Positions 1-15,500 of a stretch of 64,000 nt of DNA are shown one piece after another (within the stretch, counting starts at the first letter, position 1; every line of letters starts with the position of its first letter). The position numbers and the translations under genes were made by a program. Below the pieces are notes generated by a model, which did no database searches, had not been told where the DNA came from, and saw only the letters and a list, made by a program, of their open reading frames with translations. Origin of the DNA: the human T2T-CHM13v2.0 reference genome, Homo sapiens; assembly GCF_009914755.1 (NCBI RefSeq), contig NC_060936.1. One strand, 5' to 3'.

Positions 1-85
1 AGGTCAAGGCTGCAGTGAGCCATGATTGGGCCACTGCGTTTCAGCCTGGGCAACAGAGCAAGACCCTGTCTCATAAAAGAAAAAG
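1..85 (+). mobile_element. Alu 3' end (old, AluJ-like), cut by window edge
   Basis: GGCTGCAGTGAGC...AGCCTGGGCAACAGAGCAAGACCCTGTCTC followed by an A-rich tail. Confidence 0.85.
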
Positions 86-554
86 GACAAGGCTTTGTCT
101 CCAAGACACAGATGAGGGAGGTGGTCAACAAGTGACAACTGAACCCAGAGCTGTTAGACACCAAACTAGGAAAGCAGCTCTGGAGCCCGAGCTGAGCTGA
201 GCTCCATGGAAGAGTGAGGAGGAGGTGTCCATAAGAGAAGCCCTGAGACCAGACAGAGGAGGAGGACATGCCTGTGAGGAAAGTGGTCTTTCCAGAAACT
301 CAGAAGGGAGGAGGTGATGTGTATGACAGGGCTGGGATTGGGATGGAGAATGTGAATTTGGGAGAGACGGCAGATGAAATCAGGGGTGTGGGGGAAACAA
401 CATTTGGTGGAAAGAGTTGACATGAGGACATGTTTGTGACATACGTACTAATAAACATGGAATTCTAGGGTCTTAAGAGTGTTCAGGGGAACAGGCTTCG
501 CCTAGCTAAGTGCTCATGGGCCTCCTTTTCACTTGCGGTTCTGCATTTCCTTTT

Positions 555-810
555 ACTTATTTTTTTCCCAACTCTATCGAGGTGTGATTGACAAATGAAA
601 TTGTAACAAAGGTGTACAAAGTGCTGAATTGATACATGTATGTATTGTGACATGATTACCACACAAGTTAGTGAACACATCTGTCACCTCACCTTGTTGC
701 TTGTGTGTGTAGTGAGAGCAGTTGAGACCTACTGTTAGCACATTTCAGGTGTACAGTATTGTTGACTCTAGTCACCTTGCCGTCCATTAGAGCCCCAGAA
801 CTTACCTAGT
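555..810 (-). mobile_element. Ancient L1 (L1MA/L1MB-like) 3'-end fragment
   Basis: Diverged similarity to the reverse complement of the mammalian L1 3'UTR (GATTACCACACAAGTTAGTGAACACATC...CATTAGAGCCCCAGAACTTA); subfamily uncertain. Confidence 0.6.
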
Positions 811-1055
811 CAAGTAGAGAGGTTGGCTCTGCCTTTAACGAGTCTAACCACTAGAGGGCATTTCTGCATTTCAGAACAGAATTGCATATTAGCTGATGCT
901 TTCGTGTTGCATCATAGAGCAGCACTTCTCACCGCACTCCTTGGAACCCTCAGGGCAGGGTTTGCTTCAGAGGGCAGGTGAGACCAAAAGAGCTGGCCGT
1001 TAGCTGCAGCGTTTGCCTTTCACTTGTGTAAGCTGTCCCTTAAAAAGGAAGAGCC

Positions 1056-1487
<432 letters not shown>

Positions 1488-1550
1488 CTAGGGACCAGAA
1501 AGGCTTCTCCAGGGCATGACCGAGCTGATGGCTCCTGGGTCTCTGCACAG

Positions 1551-1676
1551 GCACTGCGGGTGATGGGGAAGATGATGCGAGAGTGTTGGTATGCCAACGG
1601 CGCAGCCCGCCTGACGGCCCTGCGCATCAAGAAGACCCTCTCCCAGCTCAGCGTGCAGGAAGACGTGAAGATCTAA
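1551..1676 (+). CDS. ACVR1B: Activin receptor type-1B (ALK4), last coding exon (kinase C-terminus)
   Basis: Acceptor CTCTGCACAG ending 1550; translation [44 protein letters not shown] is the ALK4 C-terminus. Confidence 0.97.
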   Translation, partial: ALRVMGKMMRECWYANGAARLTALRIKKTLSQLSVQEDVKI

Positions 1677-4645
1677 CTGCTCCCTCTCTCCACACGGAGC
1701 TCCTGGCAGCGAGAACTACGCACAGCTGCCGCGTTGAGCGTACGATGGAGGCCTACCTCTCGTTTCTGCCCAGCCCTCTGTGGCCAGGAGCCCTGGCCCG
1801 CAAGAGGGACAGAGCCCGGGAGAGACTCGCTCACTCCCATGTTGGGTTTGAGACAGACACCTTTTCTATTTACCTCCTAATGGCATGGAGACTCTGAGAG
1901 CGAATTGTGTGGAGAACTCAGTGCCACACCTCGAACTGGTTGTAGTGGGAAGTCCCGCGAAACCCGGTGCATCTGGCACGTGGCCAGGAGCCATGACAGG
2001 GGCGCTTGGGAGGGGCCGGAGGAACCGAGGTGTTGCCAGTGCTAAGCTGCCCTGAGGGTTTCCTTCGGGGACCAGCCCACAGCACACCAAGGTGGCCCGG
2101 AAGAACCAGAAGTGCAGCCCCTCTCACAGGCAGCTCTGAGCCGCGCTTTCCCCTCCTCCCTGGGATGGACGCTGCCGGGAGACTGCCAGTGGAGACGGAA
2201 TCTGCCGCTTTGTCTGTCCAGCCGTGTGTGCATGTGCCGAGGTGCGTCCCCCGTTGTGCCTGGTTCGTGCCATGCCCTTACACGTGCGTGTGAGTGTGTG
2301 TGTGTGTCTGTAGGTGCGCACTTACCTGCTTGAGCTTTCTGTGCATGTGCAGGTCGGGGGTGTGGTCGTCATGCTGTCCGTGCTTGCTGGTGCCTCTTTT
2401 CAGTAGTGAGCAGCATCTAGTTTCCCTGGTGCCCTTCCCTGGAGGTCTCTCCCTCCCCCAGAGCCCCTCATGCCACAGTGGTACTCTGTGTCTGGCAGGC
2501 TACTCTGCCCACCCCAGCATCAGCACAGCTCTCCTCCTCCATCTCAGACTGTGGAACCAAAGCTGGCCCAGTTGTCCATGACAAAAGAGGCTTTTGGGCC
2601 AAAATGTGAGGGTGGTGGGTGGGATGGGCAGGGAAGGAATCCTGGTGGAAGTCTTGGGTGTTAGTGTCAGCCATGGGAAATGAGCCAGCCCAAGGGCATC
2701 ATCCTCAGCAGCATCGAGGAAGGGCCGAGGAATGTGAAGCCAGATCTCGGGACTCAGATTGGAATGTTACATCTGTCTTTCATCTCCCAGATCCTGGAAA
2801 CAGCAGTGTATATTTTTGGTGGTGGTGGGTTTGGGGTGGGGAAGGGAAGGGCGGGCAAGGAGTGGGGAGGGAGTCTGGGGTGGGAGGGAGGCATCTGCAT
2901 GGGTCTTCTTTTACTGGACTGTCTGATCAGGGTGGAGGGAAGGTGAGAGGTTTGCATCCACTTCAGGAGCCCTACTGAAGGGAACAGCCTGAGCCGAACA
3001 TGTTATTTAACCTGAGTATAGTATTTAACGAAGCCTAGAAGCACGGCTGTGGGTGGTGATTTGGTCAGCATATCTTAGGTATATAATAACTTTGAAGCCA
3101 TAACTTTTAACTGGAGTGGTTTGATTTCTTTTTTTAATTTTATTGGGAGGGTTTGGATTTTAACTTTTTTTAATGTTGTTAAATATTAAGTTTTTGTAAA
3201 AGGAAAACCATCTCTGTGATTACCTCTCAATCTATTTGTTTTTAAAGAAATCCCTAAAAAAAAAAATTATCCAATTGAACGCACATAGCTCAATCACACT
3301 GGAAATGTTTGTCCTTGCACCTGAGCCTGTTCCCACTCAGCAGTGAGAGTTCCTCTTTGCCCTGAGGCTCAGTCTCTCTCGTATTTTGTCCCCACCCCCA
3401 ATTCCTTGAGTGGTTTTTGCTCTAGGGCCCTTTCTTGCACTGTCCAGCTGGTTGTACCCTCTCCAGGCATTTATTCAACAAATGTGGGTGAAGTGCCTGC
3501 TGGGTGCCAGGTGCTGGGAATACATCTGTGGACAAGACATGCTTGGGTCCTACTCCTGGAGCACTGTAAAAAGAGCTGATTCAAGTAAGTAGATGCCTGT
3601 TTTGAGACCAGAAGGTTTCATAATTGGTTCTACGACCCTTTTGAGCCTAGAATTATTGTTCTTATATAAGATCACTGAAGAAAGAGGAACCCCCACAACC
3701 CCCTCCACAAAGAGACCAGGGGCGGGTGATGAGACCTGGGGTTTAGAACCCCAGGTGAGACCTCAAATCACTGCATTCATTCTGAGCCCCCTTCCTGTCC
3801 CCAGGGGAGGTGTATTGTGTATGTAGCCTTAGAGCATCTCTGCCTCCAACCCAGCAGTTCTCTGCCAAAGCTTGTGGAGGAGGGAGAGCCCTGTCCCTGC
3901 CCTCAGGCTCCCCAGTGCTCCTGGCCCTTCTATTTATTTGACTGATTATTGCTTCTTTCCTTGCATTAAAGGAGATCTTCCCCTAACCTTTGGGCCAATT
4001 TACTGGCCACTAATTTCGTTTAAATACCATTGTGTCATTGGGGGGACCGTCTTTACCCCTGCTGACCTCCCACCTATCCGCCCTGCAGCAGAACCTTGGC
4101 GGTTTATAGGTAATGATGGAACTTAGACTCCTCTTCCCAGAGTCACAAGTAGCCTCTGGGATCTGCCAACACACGTCCACTCCCAAGCCACTAGCCCACT
4201 CCCCAGTTGGCCCTTCTGCCCTTACCCCACACACAGTCCAACTCTTCCACCTCTGGGGAAGATGGAGCAGGTCTTTGGGAAGCTCCCACACCCACCTCTG
4301 CCACTCTTAACACTAAGTGAGAGTTGGGGAGAAACTGAAGCCGTGTTTTTGGCCCCCCGAGGCTAACCCTGATCCATAGTGCTACCTGCACCTCTGGATT
4401 CTGGATTCACAGACCAAGTCCAAGCCCGTTCTTACGTCGCCATAAAGGCCCCCGAACGGCATTCTCGGTACTTCTGTTTGTTTTTGTACATTTTATTAGA
4501 AAGGACTGTAAAATAGCCACTTAGACACTTTACCTCTTCAGTATGCAAATGTAAATAAATTGTAATATAGGAAATCTTTTGTTTTAATATAAGAATGAGC
4601 CTGTCCAATTTCTGCTGTACATTATTAAAAGTTTTATTCACAGAG
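1677..4645 (+). other. ACVR1B: ACVR1B 3'UTR
   Basis: Repeat-free stretch after the stop with U-rich blocks, ending at poly(A) signals AATAAA 4554-4559 and ATTAAA 4624-4629; exact cleavage site inferred. Confidence 0.85.
4554..4629 (+). terminator. ACVR1B: ACVR1B polyadenylation signals (AATAAA and ATTAAA)
   Basis: Hexamers read directly; TGTA (CFIm) motifs nearby. Confidence 0.75.
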
Positions 4646-5439
4646 CTGCTCTGGTGCCATCTGTCCCACATACGTAGTACGGCCACCCAGCTTTTGTCAG
4701 GGGAGTTGGGAATGGGGTGGATGTTCTAAGGTCAGGGTCTCGTGCTCACACCAGCTGTAGCAGACCCCAGCAAGAGGAATGCTGTTCCCAACATCCTGGG
4801 TCTTCCTGAGACTGTTGCTTTGTGTTCCTAGAGGGCGGGTCTGGCATGCAAGGGACAGAAGACACAAAGCATCCTTTTCTTGGGCTTTGTCTGAATTTGT
4901 CTTCTCACGTTTTTTCCTGTTTACAAAAGAGGGTCATGTTCCTAGTTAGTCACACTCTCTCATGTCTTAGAGGCATGAGCGCTCCTCCTAAGCTGAAGTG
5001 AAATTGTGAATTCTGGGATGCTTAGGTGACTTTGAGGAGGAAGTCTTCAGTGGTTACTCCTCTGGTATTCTCAGCGTGTGGTGGGTGTGAATGTCCTCCC
5101 TCTCTGGGCTGAGGGAATCTAAAATAACAAGTCCTAGAATCATAGTCTCCAGTTTAGATGAGACCCACAAGATCCCCTAGTTCACTGTCAGGCACTCGAC
5201 TTCCCTGCGATGTCCCTGTCAGGTGCTTGTGTGGCCTCCTGCTAATGCTGGACCACAGCTCCATCTGTAGGCTCCGTGGCTCAGTGGAAAACCCTTCCTT
5301 CTGTAGAGCTGGGCAACTTCCATGAGACTTCCACAGGGTTTTCTAAGCAGTTATTCTGTCTTCCCTTATAAGATCCCTTAAAATATTTACAGGCAGCCGT
5401 CATGAATCTTCTGGCAAAGCTCCGAGTTTCTTCAGTTAA

Positions 5440-5670
5440 TATTAGTGAATACTTATTGAAAACTCACTTCGTGCTAAGCAATGTGCCAAAATTTGCTTTA
5501 CGTATATTAACTGTTTTAATCCTCAGAGCAACCATATGAGATGGGCATCATTATCTTCTCTTTATGGATTAGGAAACAGAGGATTGGAGAAGTCAAATAA
5601 GTTGCCCAAGATCACGTAGCTCACTGGTGGAAAAGACCTTGGGTCCGGGATGTTGACTGCAGAGCACAGC
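5440..5670 (-). mobile_element. MIR SINE
   Basis: MIR core (AATCCTCA...GGAAACAGAGG...AGTCAAATAAGTTGCCCAAGATCAC). Confidence 0.75.
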
Positions 5671-6189
5671 CCTTCCCCCACTGCACTATCCTGCTCTGGT
5701 TCCATGTTCCTCACCCAGGCTGGCCGCTCTCTTCTGAACCCAGCTAGAGTCTGGGGCCACAAAGGATGTGTACATAACGTTCCACCCAGGTATCAGCAGA
5801 CATCACAGACTAGAACAAGAACCCCACAGACTGTGTGCTTGATGCCACAGATCACATCCCAGGACTGCATCTCATCTCTTGATTGAGTAAAATCCAGCTA
5901 CCCTCTCCTGCTTGTATAAGGGAAGTTGGTGTTTTGAACTCAAGTACAGGACCTTATAGTTTTACTCTATTAAACTTCACTGTAGACCATGCCCACTGCG
6001 CCAGCCTGTCGCTACTTTTAAATCCTGATTATTACCCAGAGTTTTCCATTGTTCTGAGTTTCCCTGTCTGAGACTCTGCTGGGCTGAGAAAATGAAGTAA
6101 CTTACTCCTAAAAGTTCGCTTTAAGTTTGGCATCTATCCCAATAATCTAATCAGCTGCTAATTAAATTGTCCTTGTGTCCTGGCCATAA

Positions 6190-6630
6190 TTTTTTATTTT
6201 TTATTTTTTGTTTATTTATTTATTGAGACAGAGTCTCTGTTGCCCTGGCTGGAGTGCAGTGGCGCGATCTTGGCTCACTGCAACCTCCAGGGTTCAAGCG
6301 ATTCTCCTGCCTCAGCCTCCCAAGTAGCCGAGATTACAGGCGCCCGCCACCACACCCAGCTAATTTTTGTATTTTTAGTAGAGACGGGGTTTCACCATGT
6401 TGGCCAGGCAGGTCTCGAACTCCTGACCTCAGGTGATCTGCCCACCTCGGCCTCCCAAAGTGTTGGGATTACAGGTGTGAGCCACTGCTCCCAGACTATT
6501 TATTATTTTAAATAGAGACAGGATCTCCCTTTGATGCCCAGGCTGGTTTTGAACTATTGGCTTCAGGGAATACCTCCTCCTCGGCCTCCCAAGGTGCTGG
6601 GGTTACAGTCATGAACCACTTCACCTGGCC
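6190..6630 (-). mobile_element. AluS (6190-6495) adjacent to an older Alu monomer (6497-6630)
   Basis: Reverse-complement Alu sequences; CCATAATTTTT on both flanks. Confidence 0.9.
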
Positions 6631-7192
6631 CATAATTTTTAGATGGACAGAGATAGCAGAAGAAGCCCAAGTACTTTGCTAAAGTATCATTGTGGCTCTC
6701 TTTGATCTATCTACCTGTTCATTGGAAAGAAAGACAGAGTGGTTGGTAGTGAATCTCGGCCTGGTTCACATGAAGGCCCCTTACAGGCCATCCTGTGAAT
6801 AGTCAGTCATCTTGCCAGGCATGGACCTAAAATTCACTAGGCTATGATTGCAGGCTCAACTCTACCATTTTGAAAATCAGAATGGCAACCATTCTAGTGC
6901 CTCTTCCTGTGCCTTTGAAGGTTGCCAACAATGTTTCATCTTAGTAAGGCCTCTGACACAGGAGGCTTGACTTCATTTGAATGTTGTATCGCTTGGGTTA
7001 TTGTTTCACATAGCTTAAATTTCTGTCCCCCAGCCCATATGTCTTCTGACCTTTACAGGCCTTAGAACATGCTTGCTAAACACAACCAAACCAGAATGAC
7101 GAGTGGTGGAGTTCAAGAGACTCAGGAACATAAGAGGAATGCACAGCACAGGTGAGGGAAGTAGGAGAAGCCCTGGGTCAGGCCAGGAACGG

Positions 7193-7540
7193 TGTTACTA
7201 GTCAGGGTTCTCCACAGAAACAGAATCGATAGGATGGATGGACAGACAGACTAGAAAGAGAGATGACTCATGGTTGTGTGGGCTGCAAGGCAGGGTAGCA
7301 GGCTCAGAGACCCAGGGAAGAATTGATGTCGCAGTCCTGGGGGCAGAATCCTTTCTCAGGACACCTCAGGCTTTTCTCTTAAGGCCTTCAATTGGTTGGA
7401 TGAAATCCACCCACATTATGGAGGGGTAATATGCTTTACTCAAAGTCTACTGATTTAAATGTTAACCACGTCTAAAATACCTTCACAGCAACATCTGGAA
7501 TAGCATATGACGAAACAACTGGACAACTATGGCCTGAAAG
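7193..7540. mobile_element. MLT2-family (ERVL) solo LTR fragment
   Basis: TAGTCAGGGTTCTCCACAGAAACAGAA... and CCCACATTATGGAGGG...AAAGTCTACTGATTTAAATGTTAA typical of MLT2. Confidence 0.7.
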
Positions 7541-7747
7541 TTATTGGGGATTCCTTGGTCAGAGGATGGGGTTTAAGGAATATGGAAGATATCCCTGGGT
7601 CCTTCTGAGAATTCTCCTTGGAAGCCAAAATGGGGGGTTAATGGGGGTTTAGGGCAGTTTAAGGAACAATTGGATAGCCTGGGCTCTTTAAATAAGTATT
7701 TTTCGAGCAACCTTAATGAATGGAGTGGTAGGTAGAATAGAAAGCTA

Positions 7748-7965
7748 TGGCGAAATCCCATCTCTACTAAAAATACAAAAATTAGGTGTGGTGGCGCACA
7801 CCTGTAATCCCAGTTACTCAGGAGGCTGAGGCATGAGAATCACTTGAACCCGGGAGGTAGAGGTTGCAGGTTGCAGGTTGCAGTGAGCCAAGATTTCATC
7901 ACTGCACTCCAGCCTGGGCAACACAGGAAGAATCTGTCTTAAAAAAAAAAGAAAAAGAAAAGAAA
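7748..7965 (+). mobile_element. 5'-truncated Alu
   Basis: Starts mid left arm, A tail, AGAAAGCTA on both flanks; internal (GGTTGCA)x3 at 7862-7882. Confidence 0.9.
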
Positions 7966-8607
7966 GCTAAACAATCCATGGTCCCTGCCCTTCAAGGAGT
8001 TTATAATCTAGACAGATAGGATTTGTACAGGCAACAATAGGGCAGATTTGGGCAAATCCCATTACAGAGCAGTATGCAAAGTACCATGGGACCACAGATG
8101 AGGTGTCCGGGGAAGAAGTGACATATCCCTGCCCTACAGCGGCTCCCTACCTGGTGGAATGGGTGAGTAAAAAGATAGGATGGAAGGAGATCAGTACTCC
8201 CATAGGGATAGAATACTGTGGGAACATAAGAGAGACAGGAGGTTGGGGGCAAGAGAGGGACATCAATTTCGGCCTGCTGACTGAGGAGAGGAGGGGGTTT
8301 TAGTCAAAAAGAATTGCCATTCAAGAACCACAGATATTCAGTATGGCGGGGGTGTGATGAGGGAGCCTGCTAGAGCTGTTCCCGTGCTGAGTTCTGAAAG
8401 GTCAGGAATTCATCCTGGGGCCAGAAATGGCCAATAGGTAACACCGGTGCCATCACTTACCCTGTGACAGCTACCTCAGACTGTACTAATCTATCAGTAA
8501 TTTGTCCTCTTGAGTTGGTCTCCACATTTTTCTCAACAGCGTGCTTACTGTCCTGTAAGTTAAAACACATTTGTCATTGTGGATGTAGGGAATAGGCCGT
8601 TGGAGGG

Positions 8608-9312
<705 letters not shown>

Positions 9313-9421
9313 GAGCGTTTTAAGCAAGGGAGTGATGTGATCCTGCTTGTGTTTTGGGAAAATCACAGTGCTGACTTTAGAAAGGAATTGTACTGGTGGC
9401 AGAGTAAGAAAAGCTGGGAAG

Positions 9422-10044
<623 letters not shown>

Positions 10045-13039
10045 GGGAAGAAGCTGGGAAGAACAGCAGGAGAAACAGTGGGTAGAATACTCAGGTTTGG
10101 GGCATAATCAGATGTGAATGGTGAGGGAAAGAGGAAAGCTGACTTCAGTTTGGAGTAAAAGAGAGAATCTTAGCCTGGCAGTTCCGCATATGTGTTTGGG
10201 GGTTAGGGGGGTTGGTGCACGACACTGTCCCCTAGGAGGGAACCAGGGATGAAAGAGCAAGTGTGTTTGCCAAGCGGAAAGAGATGTGGGCAGTCTAGGG
10301 CCCTAAGAACTGCCATTTTCTCTCTTCACTATATGCACCTGTTCTGAAATGAGGCCGGGTAAGATAACACATACCCTGTGTCTTAGGAGTTGTGTGCAGA
10401 TGCTGTAGGAAACCTGGAGACTTAACCTTCCTTTCTTCTGCCACTCTAACCCGTTCATGCCAGAGATGCCCTGCCATTTTCATCCAAGAGGCCAGATGGT
10501 CCCTGGCCTTTGAACAGGACTAGACCCAGAGACCACCAACATTCAATGCAAATAAACTGCAACATCTACCTTGATCCTACTCCAAGACCCCCTGGGATCA
10601 GATCTTTGGACTGTGCCAGATCAACCATACTGCTAGATTCTCTCTCTAGGTCCCCGAACATGCACAGACACTGTCCCATGGAAATGGTCGCGCAGTAGGA
10701 GCCACGAAGAAAAACAGCCACTCCCCGCCCAGTCAGCTGCCCACCAGCTGTCCACCGCCCACAAGAGGTGATGTCATGCAACTGGGGGCCCAGCCCCTCA
10801 TTCCTGACAGACCAGAGAGCCAGGGCCCCAGGCCCTCTTCCCCCCCACCTCCCCAGCTTAGGAGCAGTGACAGTACCCAGTGAGGAACTCCCAGTAAACT
10901 ATTCATCTCTGCCAGTTCCGGGCCCCACTGATGGACAAGGCCCATGTTAGAGCTCTGAGACTTAGGTCAGACTCCAGAGGGGCCAGCACTAGCCCCTAGT
11001 GCTCTGACTTCATCATGGTACCCTAGAGCTTAAGCTGCTCAGTGGAAGACTCAGCTCTCCCAATTTCCTCCATGGGGGGCTGCTGACTGTTACATAGCCA
11101 GGCGAGGGGTTGCCCTGAAGAGAAGGGGTGTTACCTAGGCCTTGTCCTTTAGCTGGGCCCCCACTGTCTAATCCCCCACCCCAGGCCAGCCACGAGTGTC
11201 AGGAGCCAGGGCAGGCAGAGCAGAGGGAGGGAAACCTGAGAGCTCATTCTGAGAGAGGCTGGCTTGGGAAGAAGGTACAGATTGAGTACAGATGTCTGAG
11301 GAGCCAGAGCGGTGGAGGTTTTGTGGGGAGGCTTCCTGGAGGGAGGAGGAGGGGGACGTATCCTGGTATGAAGCTGCAGGTGGTGTGCAGAATGCTTCCC
11401 CCACCGCCCAAGCTTTAAAGGGCTGCAGAGGATAGGATGAGAACAGATGCTAGCCAAGAGACTCAAGCTTAGGAGAAAGCTGTGGAGAGTTGAAGGCAAA
11501 GCTTTAGAGGCCTCATATATACTGCCTGGCATGCGAAGGTTAGTGCACCAACAAAGCCCGCCAGCTGCCTGCCTTCTCCCTGCTGAATTTCACCTGCAGC
11601 AGAAGCAGCTTTGATGCAAAAAACTTCCTAACTGACAGCTGTGAGATTCCAGAATTCAGTGACCAAAGTGGAGCTTGGCATCCCAGTTGTGCCCTCTTGG
11701 GAGGAAGAGGAGCCGTGGGGGATCCTGAAACAGGGCTGGGATTCCAGGTGGAGTCTTCCAGCCTTTCCGCCTGGCTTGAAGATTTTCCCCCGAGACTCAT
11801 GGCCACCAGAGGGCATAACCACTCCACAGTATGGCATCCTGGGCTCCAGGGGCCCCTCCTTGGAGAAACTGGGGAAATTGGGAGGAGGAAGCAGGCAGGG
11901 ATCTCTGAGCTCTCAGGGAGCTACCAGCAGCTGAATTAAACAGTCTCTGGAGTCAAGAGACTTGGGTTCTAGTGGGTTCTAGTCCCTGTTATGATTCTGT
12001 CTTTCTCTCTCTGGCTTCAGTTGCTTCTGTTAAATGAGGGCTTGGACCATACGGTATCCTTTCCAGACCATAAGGCCATTTCTGGCTCTGAAATCCCAGG
12101 ATTTAAGGAATCACACAAAGAACTTGATAAAAATTGCATTTCCTGGGCCCACCCTTACTCTGGGGTTCTCTAGGGCTTTCTGCCTAGCAAGAGGAGGAAA
12201 CAAGGTGCGAATTTCAGTCCTCTGGTGGTGTTCACTCACTTGGAGGCCTGGAGGTGGACTGCCCTACATAAACTGGGGAAGTCTGCCTCCACGTCAGCTG
12301 AAGGATGACTGGCTCCACAGGCTGTTAGACACAGGGGCTGTGCCACACCTGTGGCATCCACTTCTCCAGGTTTCAGGCAAGGAGACATGTCCATTAGGTA
12401 ACCCTCTGTGATAGCTGGGGTGGCTCCTTCACAGAGGAGGTTGTGCAAGATGCCCTTTTGCTGGGTCCCTTTGGGGATAAGCAATGGAATGAATGGAATA
12501 TACATCATTGCCTCTCCGCTTTGCGTCTCCCCCTCCCGCCCCCAACAGATGCTGTCTGTCAGGAGCAGGCAACAGACGGTCCTGGGGTCCATCTGTGCTA
12601 ATGCTTCACAATAGAGTCCCATGTTTCCCCACTGACACCCCCTCGGCCCCTCAGCTGATGGCCACTTGGTGGTGCCAAGGCGGGAGGTGGGAGGAGGGAG
12701 AAGAAGGCACTAAGAGAGCTACCTCTTAGCTCCTGGCAGTCCTCAATCCACCCCGGCCCCCCACCCAACAAGCATCCTGCCATCTGGACTTGTGCAATCA
12801 CTGAGGGGCGGAAAAGCACCCTCTTCCACCCACACCTCTTGTAGGGGATGGGGGCCTAGAGGACTGGGGGTGGGGAGGAGAACACAGAGTCAAGGAGACT
12901 AGAGAAGAAGACTGAGCCAGGCGCAAGAACTGAGACAGGCAGGAGGCAGAAAGTCTTTCCTGGCCTCGCAGGTGGACGTGGCCATTGCCCCTCTGTGCTC
13001 CTTATGCCACGTGTCTAACACAGCACATGTGCAAGGTAC

Positions 13040-13375
13040 CACTCCCTACCAGGCCAAGAGCCTCTGTAACCCCAGTGCCCAGCCAGTACCTGGCACACAG
13101 CAGGGCTTAAATGTTGGACAACATCACAGAGTGGTTAGATTGCAGGCTCTGGAACCAGGCTGCCTGGCTTTGAATCTCAGCTCTGCCGCTGAGTGACTTA
13201 GGGCAAATTACTTATCTTCTCTGGGCCTCAGTTTCCTCATCTGTAAGGGAGGATAATGGTGCTTATTTCGTAGGGTTGTTATGAAGACCAAGTGAGTTAA
13301 TGCATGTATGTAAAAGGACACACAGAACAAACAGTGTGCATAGCACATGCTAAGTGCTCAATAAATGTTAACTGT
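13040..13375 (+). mobile_element. MIR SINE (with possible L2 tail piece)
   Basis: GTGACTTAGGGCAAATTACTT...CCTCAGTTTCCTCATCTGTAA core. Confidence 0.8.
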
Positions 13376-14229
13376 GAAGGCATAACAGATTTGGGAAGAC
13401 TGGGGGAGGAGGGAGGGGACAGACAAGGGCACCGCATTGCCGCCTCTGCTTCTTGGCCGATGGGTGTTGGGACATGGAGTCCCCAGCCTGTGCTGCTGAC
13501 GCCCTGTGGTGGCTAGCCGCTCTTTAGACACCAGACGCTGCCTTCCACTTCCTCCTCTCACTTCTTATTCGGGCACCACTGACGACAGAGACTTCGGCTG
13601 GGCCATTCCCGCCTCTCCTACCGCCTGGCAGCCATGGTAACAGCCTGGGGGATGGTCCCTAAGATGGGGTCAGAGAACGGCTGAGCATGGCCATCCCCCC
13701 AGCCCTGAACTCCCACTCAGCCTGGGCTCATCCCAACCTCCTGAGTCAAGTCCACAGTAAGCGTCTGTCTCCTGGGAAGGGGGATCTGACCCCGGCATCA
13801 GGAGCTGAGGAAAGGTGTTGCCAGCAGGGATCACTCAAGCCCCTTGGAGGGGACAGGCCAGAACTAAGCCTACTGCTTTCAGGGTTTCCACCTCTTCCCT
13901 TCTTCCTAGACGTGCGAACAGGGGGCAGCCTCTTTCAGCTCTTCTGGGGCAGCTGCGTCAAGGGAAAATCCTGGGCCCTCTCCCTCCCTGGGGGCTTCTG
14001 CGCAGTGAGTTCAGGGAGTCTCCTCCCTCCTCCATCGGGCCTCCACCCCTACTCCTGCGCAGCCCCGCTGCCGCTCTCCCTGCCCTGGAGTCTCCTGCAG
14101 CCCCTTGGATCTCCGTGACTCTCCCTACCTCCCCGACTCCCCAGGCTTCTTACAGTGACCTCTTACCGTGCCCCACTCCATGAATCGCCAGAGCTATTCG
14201 TCCCTAAATTTCAAACCTTGCGCAATGTC

Positions 14230-15500
<1,271 letters not shown>

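Noticed and set aside
3256-3266. A11 run in the ACVR1B 3'UTR as a possible poly(A) site
   Set aside because: Genomic A-tract with no canonical signal upstream; likely an oligo-dT internal priming site.
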